Shown: one piece after another, positions 20,906 through 33,573 of the stretch
Layout of the letters: each line of letters opens with the position of its first letter
Numbering within the stretch: position 1 is the first letter of the stretch
Assembly: GCA_963664015.2 (NCBI GenBank)
Contig: CAXXLF010000002.1
Span: 1,920,001-1,984,000, forward strand
Length of the DNA stretch: 64,000 bases
Origin: Candidatus Binatia bacterium
GTDB taxonomy: Bacteria > Desulfobacterota > Binatia > UBA9968 > CAXXLF01
Direction of reading: 5' to 3'
The notes under the pieces: model-generated
Database searches by the model: none
Told to the model about the DNA's origin: nothing
The model's input: only the letters and a program-made list of their open reading frames with translations
Made by a program: the position numbers and the translations under genes

Positions 20906-21547
20906 ATGACCTTTCCGCTGGCGTTTATCATGGGTTTCGCTGTGGCCTCGCTACCGGGTCCGATCCTCGTCTTGATCGCTTCCGAAACACTGCGCAAAGG
21001 ACCCGTCTCCGGCATCCTGACCCTGACGGCACCACTCCTCGTTGACGCCCTTGTTATTCTGCCCGCAGTGTTATTCCTGCAGGTACCGTTGGTCCAGGGG
21101 AGCGGATGGGGTGTGCTGGGGTTGATCGGTGCCGCTTTACTGGTGTGGTTGGGCCTGCAATCTATGGGGGGGAATGGGGAGCAGACCGGCGGTGGCCCCA
21201 AGCCCACCAAGCCAACATGGGCATGGAGACGCCGAGAAATCCATTCTTTCTTAAAAGGTATATTGGCCCATTTGACCAACCCCTACCCCTATATCTACTG
21301 GGGTACCGTAGGGGTGATCTTTGTGCGGCAGGGTATGGAAGAAGGCGGGGTGCCGAGCGCGTTACTTTTTCCCCTGGGTTTTTGGTCCGGCGCCGGGACC
21401 CTCAACCTTTTAGTCGTCTTTGTCTCGGCAAGGGGCAGACAACTTCTCTCTCCCCGTTGGGTGCCGTATCTCCATCGTTTCTCTGGAATTGTTTTAATCG
21501 GATGCGCGATGTTGATCGGCATCAAGGCCTGGATCGGCCTTTTTTGA
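20906..21547 (+). CDS. LysE/RhtB family translocator
   Basis: ASLPGP N-terminal motif, FLKGILAHLTNP, about 6 TM segments. Confidence 0.85.
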   Translation: MTFPLAFIMGFAVASLPGPILVLIASETLRKGPVSGILTLTAPLLVDALVILPAVLFLQVPLVQGSGWGVLGLIGAALLVWLGLQSMGGNGEQTGGGPKPTKPTWAWRRREIHSFLKGILAHLTNPYPYIYWGTVGVIFVRQGMEEGGVPSALLFPLGFWSGAGTLNLLVVFVSARGRQLLSPRWVPYLHRFSGIVLIGCAMLIGIKAWIGLF

Positions 21548-22400
21548 CGCTCCTTTTTCGCTTCGACGCGGTGCTCGGACTCGAAAGAGGCTTTTTTCCC
21601 ATGGTCGAGCGGTTTTTCTTAGCGACTTTCCATAGAGCGTCTAAATCATCGGCGGAGCTTTCCAATATGGTCTTGCCGCGGTTGCGGATATCCTTTTCCA
21701 GATAGTGAAAACGTTCAACGAATCGATCCAGACTCTGTGTCAATGCCTCTTCGGCCTCAAACTTGAGGAAACGAGATAGACTGACCAGGGTAAGGAGGAC
21801 GTCACCTAGCTCTGACATCACCCGGTCTTTGCGCCGTGAGGCGATGGCCATGCGCAGTTCGCCCAATTCTTCTTCAACCTTATCCCATACATGTTTTGTC
21901 TCGGTCCAATCAAACCCCAGGTGGGCTGCCCGTTCGCCTACGCGTTGGGCTCGCATAAGGGCAGGCATTTCTTTGGGTAGTTTTCCCAAGGGGGAGGAGT
22001 TCTCTTTGTCTTTCCTTTCCTGGGCCTTTGCCTTGACCCAATTCCGCAACACGGACTGGGAGTCTGGTAGATAACTGTCGGAAAAGACATGCGGGTGTCG
22101 TCGAATCAGTTTTTCCCGAAGATGGGTCAGAACGTTTACTACGTCGAAGCGATCCTGTTCCGAAGCGATCTGGCAGTGGAAGAGGATTTGCAGCAACACG
22201 TCCCCCAGCTCTTCTTCCATCTCTTTCGGGTCTTCTCCGTCAATAGCCTCGAGGAGTTCATAGGCCTCTTCAACAAGAAACGGCTTGAGAGACCGGTGGC
22301 TTTGTTCCCTGTCCCAGGGGCAGCCGTTCTCGCCGCGAAGTCGAGCCATAATTTGAACCAGATCGGCGAACGCTTCTCCCACGTCCTTCTCATGTTTCAT
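21522..22400 (-). CDS. mazG: Nucleoside triphosphate pyrophosphohydrolase MazG
   Basis: GCPWDREQ, EEAYE, EELGDVL, KLIRRHPHVF and second-domain GFDW...EELGE motifs. Confidence 0.95.
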   Translation of the reverse strand: MKHEKDVGEAFADLVQIMARLRGENGCPWDREQSHRSLKPFLVEEAYELLEAIDGEDPKEMEEELGDVLLQILFHCQIASEQDRFDVVNVLTHLREKLIRRHPHVFSDSYLPDSQSVLRNWVKAKAQERKDKENSSPLGKLPKEMPALMRAQRVGERAAHLGFDWTETKHVWDKVEEELGELRMAIASRRKDRVMSELGDVLLTLVSLSRFLKFEAEEALTQSLDRFVERFHYLEKDIRNRGKTILESSADDLDALWKVAKKNRSTMGKKPLSSPSTASKRKRSVKKGRSRP

Positions 22401-22632
22401 AGGTTACCTCTGATGTTTTCACTCATTTCTATATTTACGCAGGCTTGGCGAGCACTGCAACGAAATTGATCCAAACACAGCAAATTCCTTTACCGGTTTC
22501 AAATAAGCTGGGGACCTGTCTCAAGGGGCCCATGGCCCAGCCACGGGAGGTTCGAGCGTGAGACACCATAAGCCCAAGATGTTCGCTCACCAAAAACAAT
22601 TGAGGATAATAATCACCCATTAGGCATATTTC

Positions 22633-22649
22633 TTGGCACCTCCAAAGCA
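22633..22649 (+). promoter_or_regulatory. Putative sigma54 (-24/-12) promoter
   Basis: TTGGCACCTCCAAAGCA has TGGCAC and exact GG-N10-GC spacing, about 40 nt upstream of the 22687 ORF. Confidence 0.5.
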
Positions 22650-22686
22650 TTAACTGAGTTCGAAATTTCAAAGGAGGAATAGTTCC

Positions 22687-22902
22687 ATGGAGAGGAAAGT
22701 AGATATTAAAGGGCGCGGGGTAAAGGTTTATAGGGTCAATGGCTATGACAATGCCTGGTGCAGTGATCCTCAATTGGCGCGGCAAATTGGGTACAGACGG
22801 CAACAGTTGCTACGCGAGTTGAAGTCATCCGCTCAGGATATTGTAAACCTGACGGAGCAGGACTTTTTCAACGAGCAGATGCCTGAAGAAAATGCCGCTT
22901 AG
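22687..22902 (+). CDS. Small hypothetical protein (71 aa)
   Basis: Strong AAAGGAGG RBS and protein-like composition; no family recognised. Confidence 0.7.
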   Translation: MERKVDIKGRGVKVYRVNGYDNAWCSDPQLARQIGYRRQQLLRELKSSAQDIVNLTEQDFFNEQMPEENAA

Positions 22903-23590
22903 GCAGCGGTGGCACTGTTAAACAGTTTCGGTCTTTGGCCAATAATGTTCCATCGAGTCCCTTAGCTCGTGGGAGCCAACTGCCCTGCAAGGCCCAAAAA
23001 TTCCTTGTTGGTCAGGTTTGAGACTCCGTGACTAAATTGAGTCTCCTGTCTCTCGGGCTGCAAATTGCCTGCTGAACGCACGCGACAAGCAAATTTCTGG
23101 CGGGATCTCATAAAAACCATCTATATTACACCCAGAACACGCCGGGCGTGTGCCCAAGCTACTAAATTCATTGATTTTATTTGCCTTCGGGCCATTCCGA
23201 ATAGTGTAGGGTCGAACCTTTTAACCATCGAGCCCTTCCATCCGTTGCGACAAAATTCGTAATCTCCTCTGTTCAAGTTCAAAATTTCGGTATCGGAAGC
23301 CATCTCCAAGCGTATTCCGTCCCCCCCCCCAATAGTGTTGGTGGCACCGAGTTTCGTGCTTGGTTCCCTGGGCTAGCCTATTAGCCGATCGCCTAATTAG
23401 GGGGCTAGTGTAGAAACGCAGGCCGTTCCGGTTCCACCGAGACAAGATTTAGTGGAGGGTTATCGCGGCAGGGCCTTGAAAACAGCGGGGGCATCGGCTA
23501 ATTACGGAACTTTTTTGCGGCACCGGGATGTTAATGGGTCAACCGAGGGAAAAGGGCCGGTGAAAAGGCACTGGAATCATAGGCCTTTTT

Positions 23591-23674
23591 ATGGATTTAC
23601 TTTTTGTTTTTTCTGTCATAGGCTCACTCGCGGTCTTCCTTGTGGTATGGGAACTCTATAACCTGAACCTGTGA
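23591..23674 (+). CDS. Putative 27-aa single-TM peptide
   Basis: MDLLFVFSVIGSLAVFLVVWELYNLNL; below the ORF-track cutoff and without a clear RBS. Confidence 0.35.
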   Translation: MDLLFVFSVIGSLAVFLVVWELYNLNL

Positions 23675-23703
23675 AACCAGGGAAAGGGAAAGGTGAAGCG
23701 GCA

Positions 23704-23889
23704 ATGTCAGACGAAATAACTTTTGACTATACCATTTGTGGCGAGCACTCGGAAAAGCTCGCCCTGGGCGGAATCACCGTTCCCTCGTCGGTCATGCGAC
23801 CCATGAGCACATGCCCGTCCTGCGGTCCAATCCATTGGGAGATCCTGCAGGTTTGCAAGGAAATCACCATCGGTAGCTATCTCAACTAA
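23704..23889 (+). CDS. Small zinc-ribbon-like protein (61 aa)
   Basis: AAGGTG RBS-like motif; FDYTICG...TCPSCG (second CxxC intact, first reads YxxC). Confidence 0.5.
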   Translation: MSDEITFDYTICGEHSEKLALGGITVPSSVMRPMSTCPSCGPIHWEILQVCKEITIGSYLN

Positions 23890-24165
23890 TCGCTCTTGAA
23901 ACCGTCTAGTAGCGTCAGTGGTAGCAGCGCTGCCTTCCTTTAAATGGGCTCCCCCTGGACCCAGGTCGGCCTGATATCCCCATAATTGTTGGCTATCCCA
24001 GCGATAACAGAGGTCACGTGACTTGTTGTCGATACGTGGAATTCCTAAAGCCCCGGTGGCTTAATGGCCATGAACTTCGGCCAAGACTCATAAACTGGTC
24101 CCGGTGGGAACTTTCTCTGCCGCCATTTTTGTTTACAAGCTTAAGGACCATAGAAAGTAGGACTT

Positions 24166-24312
24166 ATGAGAACCCCAGGTGCAATCTTAGCCGGTTTTTT
24201 CCTGATCGTGACACTAGTCGCTAGCGTCTCTATTGCCAGCGCCTTCCAGTGGCATGATGAAGACGTCGAGACAACCGTATTTGATCCGACCGATAACGTT
24301 CATAGGCCATAG
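24166..24312 (+). CDS. Putative secreted small peptide (48 aa precursor)
   Basis: MRTPGAILAGFFLIVTLVASVSIASA|FQWHDEDVETTVFDPTDNVHRP with classical n/h/c signal regions and an ASA site; AAAGTAGGA just upstream. Confidence 0.6.
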   Translation: MRTPGAILAGFFLIVTLVASVSIASAFQWHDEDVETTVFDPTDNVHRP

Positions 24313-24401
24313 CCAACCCCCTTGACCCGCTTGCCAGGTACATAATCTCAGTTCACCCTACACCTTAACCGATTCTCCTTTCTTAGATTAGATTGCTCGT
24401 C

Positions 24402-24657
24402 GTGTTTATCCGCCTTTGCACAAGACCATAGGCGGTTTCCCCGATGTCCCGTTGATGGAGGAGATCGCCTTCTCCCGGCTGCTAAAGGAAAAGGGCCGAG
24501 TCGCCTGCCTTCGAAGTCCAGGTGGTCACCTCGTCCCACCGATGGGAACAGGAGGGGGGCCTGGCGCACTATCATCAAAATGTGGTGGATTAGAGTTCTG
24601 TTTTTGAGCAGCATTTCTCCAGCCGACCTTAAGCGCTTTTATAGCAATACACGATGA
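24402..24657 (+). pseudogene. 3' remnant of a GT2 glycosyltransferase (TIGR04283-like)
   Basis: IGGFPDVPLMEEIAFSRLLK...ACLR / VVTSSHRWE / WRTIIKMWWIRVLF...SPADLKRFY read across two frameshifts; 5' part missing. Confidence 0.75.
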
Positions 24658-24863
24658 CGGAAGGTTAGAAGGGGGTGTGGTTGATGTTGCCAATTTGGGC
24701 GGTCAATCACTGCATTTTCCGAAAACTCATCAAACAATGTTTTAATAACTCAGTAGCAGCCTGTTTTTTCTACGTCTTTTTTGCCGCCAATTGCCGTCTC
24801 TGGCCATCTTCTGCCTTCCAGGCACTTTTAATGTGGTTGAAGGGGATCCCGTGCTTTATTTCC

Positions 24864-24892
24864 TTTACTATCATCCTCAATCCCGCTATAAT
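24864..24892 (+). promoter_or_regulatory. Putative sigma70 promoter of gyrB
   Basis: TTTACT-17bp-TATAAT. Confidence 0.6.
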
Positions 24893-24908
24893 TAATTCGC
24901 TCTCATAA

Positions 24909-27390
<2,482 letters not shown>

Positions 27391-27402
27391 ATCTGAAAAA
27401 CT

Positions 27403-27438
27403 GTTTAAACGGTTCAAGGCGTTCAATAAGTTCAATGC
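27403..27438 (+). repeat. 4 x 9-bp degenerate tandem repeat GTTYAANNN between gyrB and gyrA
   Basis: GTTTAAACG GTTCAAGGC GTTCAATAA GTTCAATGC. Confidence 0.7.
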
Positions 27439-27472
27439 GATTTGAGCCAGTAGCCCTTTATATGTAGTGCAT

Positions 27473-29927
27473 ATGGAAGCCACCCTGAAACAGCAGAAAG
27501 TCCCCGTTTACATAGAAGACGAGATGCGCCAGTCCTATATGGACTACGCCATGAGCGTCATTGTCGGACGAGCATTGCCCGATGTGCGGGACGGACTTAA
27601 ACCGGTCCACCGCCGGGTTCTGTACGCCATGTACGATATGAGCAACAACTGGGACAAACCCTATAAAAAGTCTGCTCGTGTCGTCGGCGATGTCATCGGT
27701 AAGTATCATCCCCACGGGGACGTGGCAGTTTACGATACCATCGTACGCATGGCCCAGGACTTTTCCCTGCGCTACCTGCTGGTAGATGGGCAGGGGAATT
27801 TCGGCTCCGTGGACGGGGATCCGCCGGCTGCCATGCGGTATACGGAAATTCGCATGACCCGATTGGCCGAGGAGATCCTGGCCGATCTCGATAATGACAC
27901 CGTCGATTTCGTTCCCAATTACGACGATTCGCTGGGAGAACCCTCCGCTCTCCCCTCCCGCATACCCAACCTTTTGGTCAATGGGTCATCCGGGATCGCC
28001 GTTGGCATGGCGACCAATATCCCCCCACACAATCTTTCCGAGGTTATAGACGGCTTGATTGCAATGGTGGGGGAACCGGACATCACCGTCGACGAGCTCA
28101 TGAAACATATTCCCGGGCCCGACTTCCCCACCGGCGCTTTCATTCACGGCCGCGAAAACGATTCGCCAGGCCTACAGAGAGGGGCGTGGCGCGATTCAGA
28201 TGCGCGCCAAACTCTTTACCGAAACCGTCAAGCGGACCGGTAAAGAGCAGATCGTCGTTCGTGAGATTCCCTTCATGGTGAATAAGGCCCGTCTGATCGA
28301 ACAGATTGCGCACCTCGTGCAAGAAAAGAAGATTGAAGGCATTTCCGATCTGCGCGACGAGTCCGACCGTGAAGGGATGCGGGTGGTCATTGAACTCAAG
28401 CGGGACGCCGTTGCAGAGGTGATCATCAATCAACTCTATAAGCACACTGCCCTGCAGGATTCGTTCGGGGCGAACATGCTTGCCATTGTCGACGGGCGGC
28501 CCAAACTGCTCAATCTGAGAGACGCCCTCAAGCACTTTTTGGATTTCCGTAAAGAGGTGGTAACGCGGCGTACCGCCTATGAGCTACGTAAGGCTGAGGA
28601 ACGCCTCCACATCCTGGAGGGTATGAAGATTGCCCTGGACCATCTGGATGAAGTCATTACGCTCATACGTCAGTCCCAGGATCCTAGGGAAGCCAAGGCG
28701 GGCTTGATGACCCAATTCGGATTGTCAGAGATCCAGGCCCAGGCGATCCTTGATATGCGGCTGCAGAGGTTAACCGGGCTGGAAAGGGAAAAGGTAATCA
28801 AAGAACATGAGGAGGTCACCCAGCTTATCGCCAAGCTGCGCGGGATCCTGGACGATGAGAAAGAAGTGTATCGGATTGTCGTTGAAGAGTTATTGGAAGT
28901 GAAAGAGAAATACGGGGACGCTCGTAGGACCGAGATCGTGGAGCGATCGGAAGATATCTCTGTTGAAGACTTGATCGTTGATGAGGAAATGGTGGTCACT
29001 ATTTCTCACGAAGGCTACATTAAGCGCAATCCGGTGACCCTCTACCGGGCACAGCGACGGGGGGGTAAGGGGAAAGTGGGTACCACGACGCGAGAAGAGG
29101 ACTTCGTCGAACATCTGTTCGTTGGCTCTACCCATTCCCAAATCCTATTTTTCACTACCGTGGGCAAGGTCTACTGGATCAAGGTGCACGAACTGCCTCA
29201 GGCGGGTCGTGCGGCGCGGGGGCGGGCCATTGTCAACGTCCTTCAGCTTCAGGAAGGAGAAAAAATTTCCGCCTTTCTGCCTGTCCGCGAGTTCCAACCG
29301 GATCGCTTTATCGTATTTGCGACGAAAAAAGGAGCCGTTAAAAAAACCGAACTATTAGCCTATTCCCATCCCCGTGCTACTGGGATTCGAGCCATTGCCC
29401 TGGACGACGACGATGAAGTCATGGGGGTACGTTTGACCGATGGCCAACAGGAAGTTCTGCTCTCGTCCCTGAACGGTCAGTCCATTCGCTTCAAAGAAGA
29501 GCAGGTCCGGGCCACGGGGCGGGGGACCTACGGTGTGGCGGGGATCAATCTGGATAAGGAGGACCGGGTGGTGAGCATTGAGATCCTTAGCCAGGAAGCC
29601 AGTATCCTGACCGTGGCCGAGAAAGGCTATGGTAAACGTACCGAGGTCGCCGAGTATCGGCTGCAGACCCGTGGAGGTAAGGGCATTATTACCATGAAGA
29701 CCACCGACCGTACGGGTCAGGTTATCGGGGTGCAGCAGGTCACCAACGATGATGAGCTGATGATGGTGTCGAACAAGGGCAAGATTATTCGCCTCAGAAT
29801 GAAAGACATCAATGTCATTGGGCGTAACACCCAGGGGGTCCGTCTCATTGATGTGGAAGGGGATGAGCGGGTGGTCTCTGTCGCACGCCTCGCGGAGCAG
29901 GAAGAAGACAGTGAGGTGGAACAGTAG
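27473..29927 (+). CDS. gyrA: DNA gyrase subunit A (one apparent +1 frameshift near 28155)
   Basis: [22 protein letters not shown], catalytic AAMRYTE and GyrA-box QRRGGKG. Removing one A from GAAAACG joins the two ORFs. Confidence 0.95.
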
Positions 29928-30039
29928 GTTTGTCGGTAATCTCAGTGGCGCGTGATCGTTCCTGTGCTCTTGACTTGCTTAACGTCGGCGGAGGCCGGCT
30001 GGTGGATCTACGATTAACCAACCGCCCCAGAGGAGAATC

Positions 30040-31050
30040 ATGGCGGGGGCCATAGGAATTATTGGTGCCGGTGGCTGGGGAACGGCGCTAGCCAAACTGC
30101 TCTGTGGAAAGGGGGATCACGACGTCACCCTTTGGTGTCACGGAGAAGAGACCTTCCGGCAAATTCGTAGCCAATCGGAGAACGTCACCTACCTGGCCGG
30201 CATCCAGCTACCCCAACAACTTAAGGTCACCCGGAACCTGGAGGAGGGTCTATCCGGAAAGGATCTGTTGCTCTTTGTCATCCCTTCCCACTGGGTGCGT
30301 GAAGTCTTGCAAGGGACGCAAAAACACTTGGCTCCTAGGACGACTCTGGTTTGCGCGACGAAGGGTATCGAGGAGGGAAGTCTCCTAACCATGGGCGAGG
30401 TCTTTTTAGATCTCTACGGTAAAAAAATTAAAAAAGACCTTGCCTTTCTTTCGGGCCCCAGTTTTGCCGAGGAGGTGGGACAGGGGCTCCCAGCCGCCAT
30501 AACCCTGGCGGCCTATCATGGAGAAGTGGTCAAGGGGGCGCAGGGAATTCTGAGTACGCAGAGCTTCAGGGTCTATACATCCTTGGACGTCATAGGGGTG
30601 CAGATGGGAGGGGTGGTCAAGAATATCATCGCCATCGCCGCTGGAATTAGTGATGGGTTAAAGTTGGGCGGTAATGCTCGGGCTGCCTTGATGACACGGG
30701 GGTTGGCCGAAATGACCCGCCTGGCCACACGGATGGGTGCGGACCCGTTGACACTTTCCGGGCTGCCCGGCTTGGGAGACCTGATTCTGACCTGTACCGG
30801 AGACTTGAGTCGCAATCGTAAAATAGGGTTGGAAATCGCCAAGGGGCGGAAAATTAAAGACATTCTTTCGGGGATGAAGATGGTCGCCGAGGGGGTCCGC
30901 AATACCCGGTCCGTGCGTGAGTTGGCTCAAAAGCACGGCGTTGAGATGCCCATTGTTGAGCAAATGTGTTTCGTGCTATACGAAGGGAAAGACCCTATGA
31001 CCGCAGTGCGCGACCTTATGCAGCGCTCGCTCAAGGCCGAACTCCCCTGA
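30040..31050 (+). CDS. gpsA: NAD(P)H-dependent glycerol-3-phosphate dehydrogenase
   Basis: GAGGWGTALA, LSGPSFAEEV, KNIIAIAAG and GLGDLILTC...SRN motifs. Confidence 0.96.
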   Translation: MAGAIGIIGAGGWGTALAKLLCGKGDHDVTLWCHGEETFRQIRSQSENVTYLAGIQLPQQLKVTRNLEEGLSGKDLLLFVIPSHWVREVLQGTQKHLAPRTTLVCATKGIEEGSLLTMGEVFLDLYGKKIKKDLAFLSGPSFAEEVGQGLPAAITLAAYHGEVVKGAQGILSTQSFRVYTSLDVIGVQMGGVVKNIIAIAAGISDGLKLGGNARAALMTRGLAEMTRLATRMGADPLTLSGLPGLGDLILTCTGDLSRNRKIGLEIAKGRKIKDILSGMKMVAEGVRNTRSVRELAQKHGVEMPIVEQMCFVLYEGKDPMTAVRDLMQRSLKAELP

Positions 31051-31155
31051 TCCATTGGTTCCCTGGAAACTATCCCAGAGAGAACAAAATTGACAAGGGT
31101 AAAACTCTATGGTTGAAATAGAGTTCTGTTTATTAAAATTGATTGAGGAATTGAC

Positions 31156-31317
31156 ATGAAGCGGACCTATCAGCCAAGCAATATCAGACGGAAGAGGAGC
31201 CACGGGTTCCGGGCACGAATGGCCACACCCGGTGGAAAGAAGGTTCTGAAGCAGAGAAGGGCAAAGGGCCGTAAGCGACTTAGTGTTACGGTTCCACCAA
31301 AACGGGCTCGTTCATAG
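31156..31317 (+). CDS. rpmH: 50S ribosomal protein L34 (53 aa; not in the ORF track)
   Basis: [42 protein letters not shown]; TTGACA at 31090 upstream. Confidence 0.97.
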   Translation: MKRTYQPSNIRRKRSHGFRARMATPGGKKVLKQRRAKGRKRLSVTVPPKRARS

Positions 31318-31331
31318 AGCGGAGCGCCACC

Positions 31332-31682
31332 TTGTTGCAGGGCCGGGCAAAGTTCCCCAAGAGGGCCCGCATTAAGAAACGTTCCGAGTTCCTTAGCATC
31401 TCGCGTCAGGGGAGAAAAGTTACCAGCCCCCACTTTATTGTTATCAGCAACCCCAACGATAGTGACGCCAATAGGCTTGGTGTTACGGTCAGTGCAAGGG
31501 TAGGGGGGGCGGTCGTCCGCAATCGGATCAAGAGACTCCTACGTGAGTTTTTTCGCACCCGACAAAACTCCCTGTTGGTCCATCGGGATCTCCTCATCAT
31601 CGCCCGAAAGGGGGCCGGAGAGCTGTCCCAGGTTGAGGTAACCCGTGAGCTGGAGAAAGCTTTCGTCCGCCCGTGGAGTTAG
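31332..31682 (+). CDS. rnpA: Ribonuclease P protein component
   Basis: RLGVTVS and GGAVVRNRIKRLLRE motifs. Confidence 0.95.
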   Translation: MLQGRAKFPKRARIKKRSEFLSISRQGRKVTSPHFIVISNPNDSDANRLGVTVSARVGGAVVRNRIKRLLREFFRTRQNSLLVHRDLLIIARKGAGELSQVEVTRELEKAFVRPWS

Positions 31683-31687
31683 CGAGC

Positions 31688-31909
31688 ATGACCGATTGGG
31701 GCAAGAGGGGAGTTATCCTTTTACTTTCAACATATCGCTGTTACCTGTCTCCCGCTTTACCGCCGTCCTGTCGATTCTTCCCAAGTTGTTCCGCCTATAC
31801 GCTTGAGGCCGTAGTCCGGCACGGTTGCTTAAAGGGTCTTGGGCTAGGCTTGAACCGCCTGCTTCGCTGTCATCCATTCAATCGTGGTGGAGTCGATCCG
31901 GTTCCTTAG
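31688..31909 (+). CDS. yidD: Membrane protein insertion efficiency factor YidD
   Basis: CRFFPSCSAY and RLLRCHPF...GGVDPVP motifs. Confidence 0.95.
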   Translation: MTDWGKRGVILLLSTYRCYLSPALPPSCRFFPSCSAYTLEAVVRHGCLKGLGLGLNRLLRCHPFNRGGVDPVP

Positions 31910-31918
31910 ATAATTCCT

Positions 31919-33547
31919 ATGGAAAAACGTGCCCTCATCGCGATTGTCCTTTCCGTTCTAATCCTTGTGCTCTACCAGGAGTGGTCAGGGCGCTTCTACC
32001 CCCCCCCTATGGAGTCGCCAAATAAGGAGAGCGGCACGTTTCAGAGCGCCCCCCCAGCCCGGGAACCCGAGCGGCGCAAGGCTATGTCTCCACTACCAAA
32101 ACCTCATATTCGGGAACCCGAAATTGTGGTGCGAGCGGCCAAGGAAGTCAGGATCGAGACCGACCACTATATTGCTGTGATGACCACCAGGGGTGCCCGA
32201 CTCAAGAGTTGGCAGTTGAAGGATTACCGTACGTTGGTGGCGAAGGACAGCCCGCCCTTTGAGATGATTACGGCTAAATCAGGAGTTCCTTACCCCCTTG
32301 GTGTACAGTTGGGCGGTAGGAGCCCTTTTACCGACGAGAATTTGGTCTATGAAACTGAGGTGGGGAACCTAAACCTGACCGGTCATGCACGAGGGACTTT
32401 GACCTTTACGGGCAGAATACCCGGAGGAGGGTCACTCAGTAAAAGGTTCCTCTTTACTGGTTCTGCTTACACTGTTGAGCTGGAGGTTGCAGTTCGAGGG
32501 GGCAGGAGCGACTGGCAGCCCACTCTCCAGCTGACCACAGGAAGAAACAGTGACGACCAGCAAAAGGACGCTCCGTTCGAAGGTCTCATTACTTTAGTGG
32601 GCGGAAAGCTCAAACGGGAAGACGGGAAGGCCCTGAGCGAAGGCAAGAAGCTGAGTGGAGAAATTCCCTGGGCTGGATTTGGCTTTACCTACTTTTTCTT
32701 TGGCGTTTTACCGGAAGGAATAGGCGATCGAAAACTGGAGGTAGGAAAAGTAGGGCCGGGATTTCTTCTATCGCTCTCGGGCGCGGATAACACAGTGGAC
32801 CCTCAACGAGCGCGATACACGCTGTTTATGGGTCCCAAGGATCTCGATCTGTTGAATACCCTCGGGAGGGGGTTGGAGCGGTCCATTGATTTCGGATACT
32901 TTACCTTTGTCTCGGCGCCGCTCCTCCACATTTTACGGTTTTTCCACAAATATACGGGGAGCTACGGTATAGACATTATCCTGCTGACCATCCTGATCAA
33001 GCTACTCCTTGCGCCTCTGACCCATAAGAGCTTCGTTTCCATGAAGAATATGTCGAAGCTGCAGCCCCAGATGCAGCGGATCAAGGAAAAATTCAAAGAC
33101 GATAAAGAAAAGATGAATAAGGAGATCATGGATCTCTATCGACGCAACAAGGTGAACCCCCTGGGGGGGTGCCTTCCCATGTTGCTGCAGTTCCCGGTCT
33201 TCATCGGCCTCTACAACGCGCTGCGAACTCCAATCGAACTGCGCCACGCGTCGTTCATGTGGATCGAGGACCTATCCCGGCCCGACTATGAATCGCTGCC
33301 CTTTACCGTAGGGGACTATCACCTGGGGATTCCGATCCTGGTCTTGCTCATGGGGGCTAGCATGTTTGTGCAGCAGTGGATGACGCCGTCCGCAGGCGAT
33401 CCCAATCAGAGACGTATGATGATGATGATGCCGGTGGTTTTTACGGCCTTGTTCGTAACCTTTCCTGCCGGCTTGACCGTCTACTGGCTGGTAAACAATA
33501 TTCTGACCATTGGCCAACAGTACCTCATCAACCGAATGACCAAATAG
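31919..33547 (+). CDS. yidC: Membrane protein insertase YidC
   Basis: FMGPK, IDFG, VNPLGGCLPMLLQFPVF and PAGLTVYW motifs. Confidence 0.96.
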   Translation: MEKRALIAIVLSVLILVLYQEWSGRFYPPPMESPNKESGTFQSAPPAREPERRKAMSPLPKPHIREPEIVVRAAKEVRIETDHYIAVMTTRGARLKSWQLKDYRTLVAKDSPPFEMITAKSGVPYPLGVQLGGRSPFTDENLVYETEVGNLNLTGHARGTLTFTGRIPGGGSLSKRFLFTGSAYTVELEVAVRGGRSDWQPTLQLTTGRNSDDQQKDAPFEGLITLVGGKLKREDGKALSEGKKLSGEIPWAGFGFTYFFFGVLPEGIGDRKLEVGKVGPGFLLSLSGADNTVDPQRARYTLFMGPKDLDLLNTLGRGLERSIDFGYFTFVSAPLLHILRFFHKYTGSYGIDIILLTILIKLLLAPLTHKSFVSMKNMSKLQPQMQRIKEKFKDDKEKMNKEIMDLYRRNKVNPLGGCLPMLLQFPVFIGLYNALRTPIELRHASFMWIEDLSRPDYESLPFTVGDYHLGIPILVLLMGASMFVQQWMTPSAGDPNQRRMMMMMPVVFTALFVTFPAGLTVYWLVNNILTIGQQYLINRMTK

Positions 33548-33573
33548 CGGGTTCTGTTGGAGGGAGATCATTC

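Noticed and set aside
23121-23661. 60-74 aa ORFs on both strands in the small-ORF island
   Set aside because: No RBS, no recognisable motif and mutual overlaps; treated as chance ORFs.
27403-27438. CRISPR array or LexA box
   Set aside because: The 9-bp period has no spacers, no cas genes are present, and the spacing does not fit GTTC-N7-GTTC.
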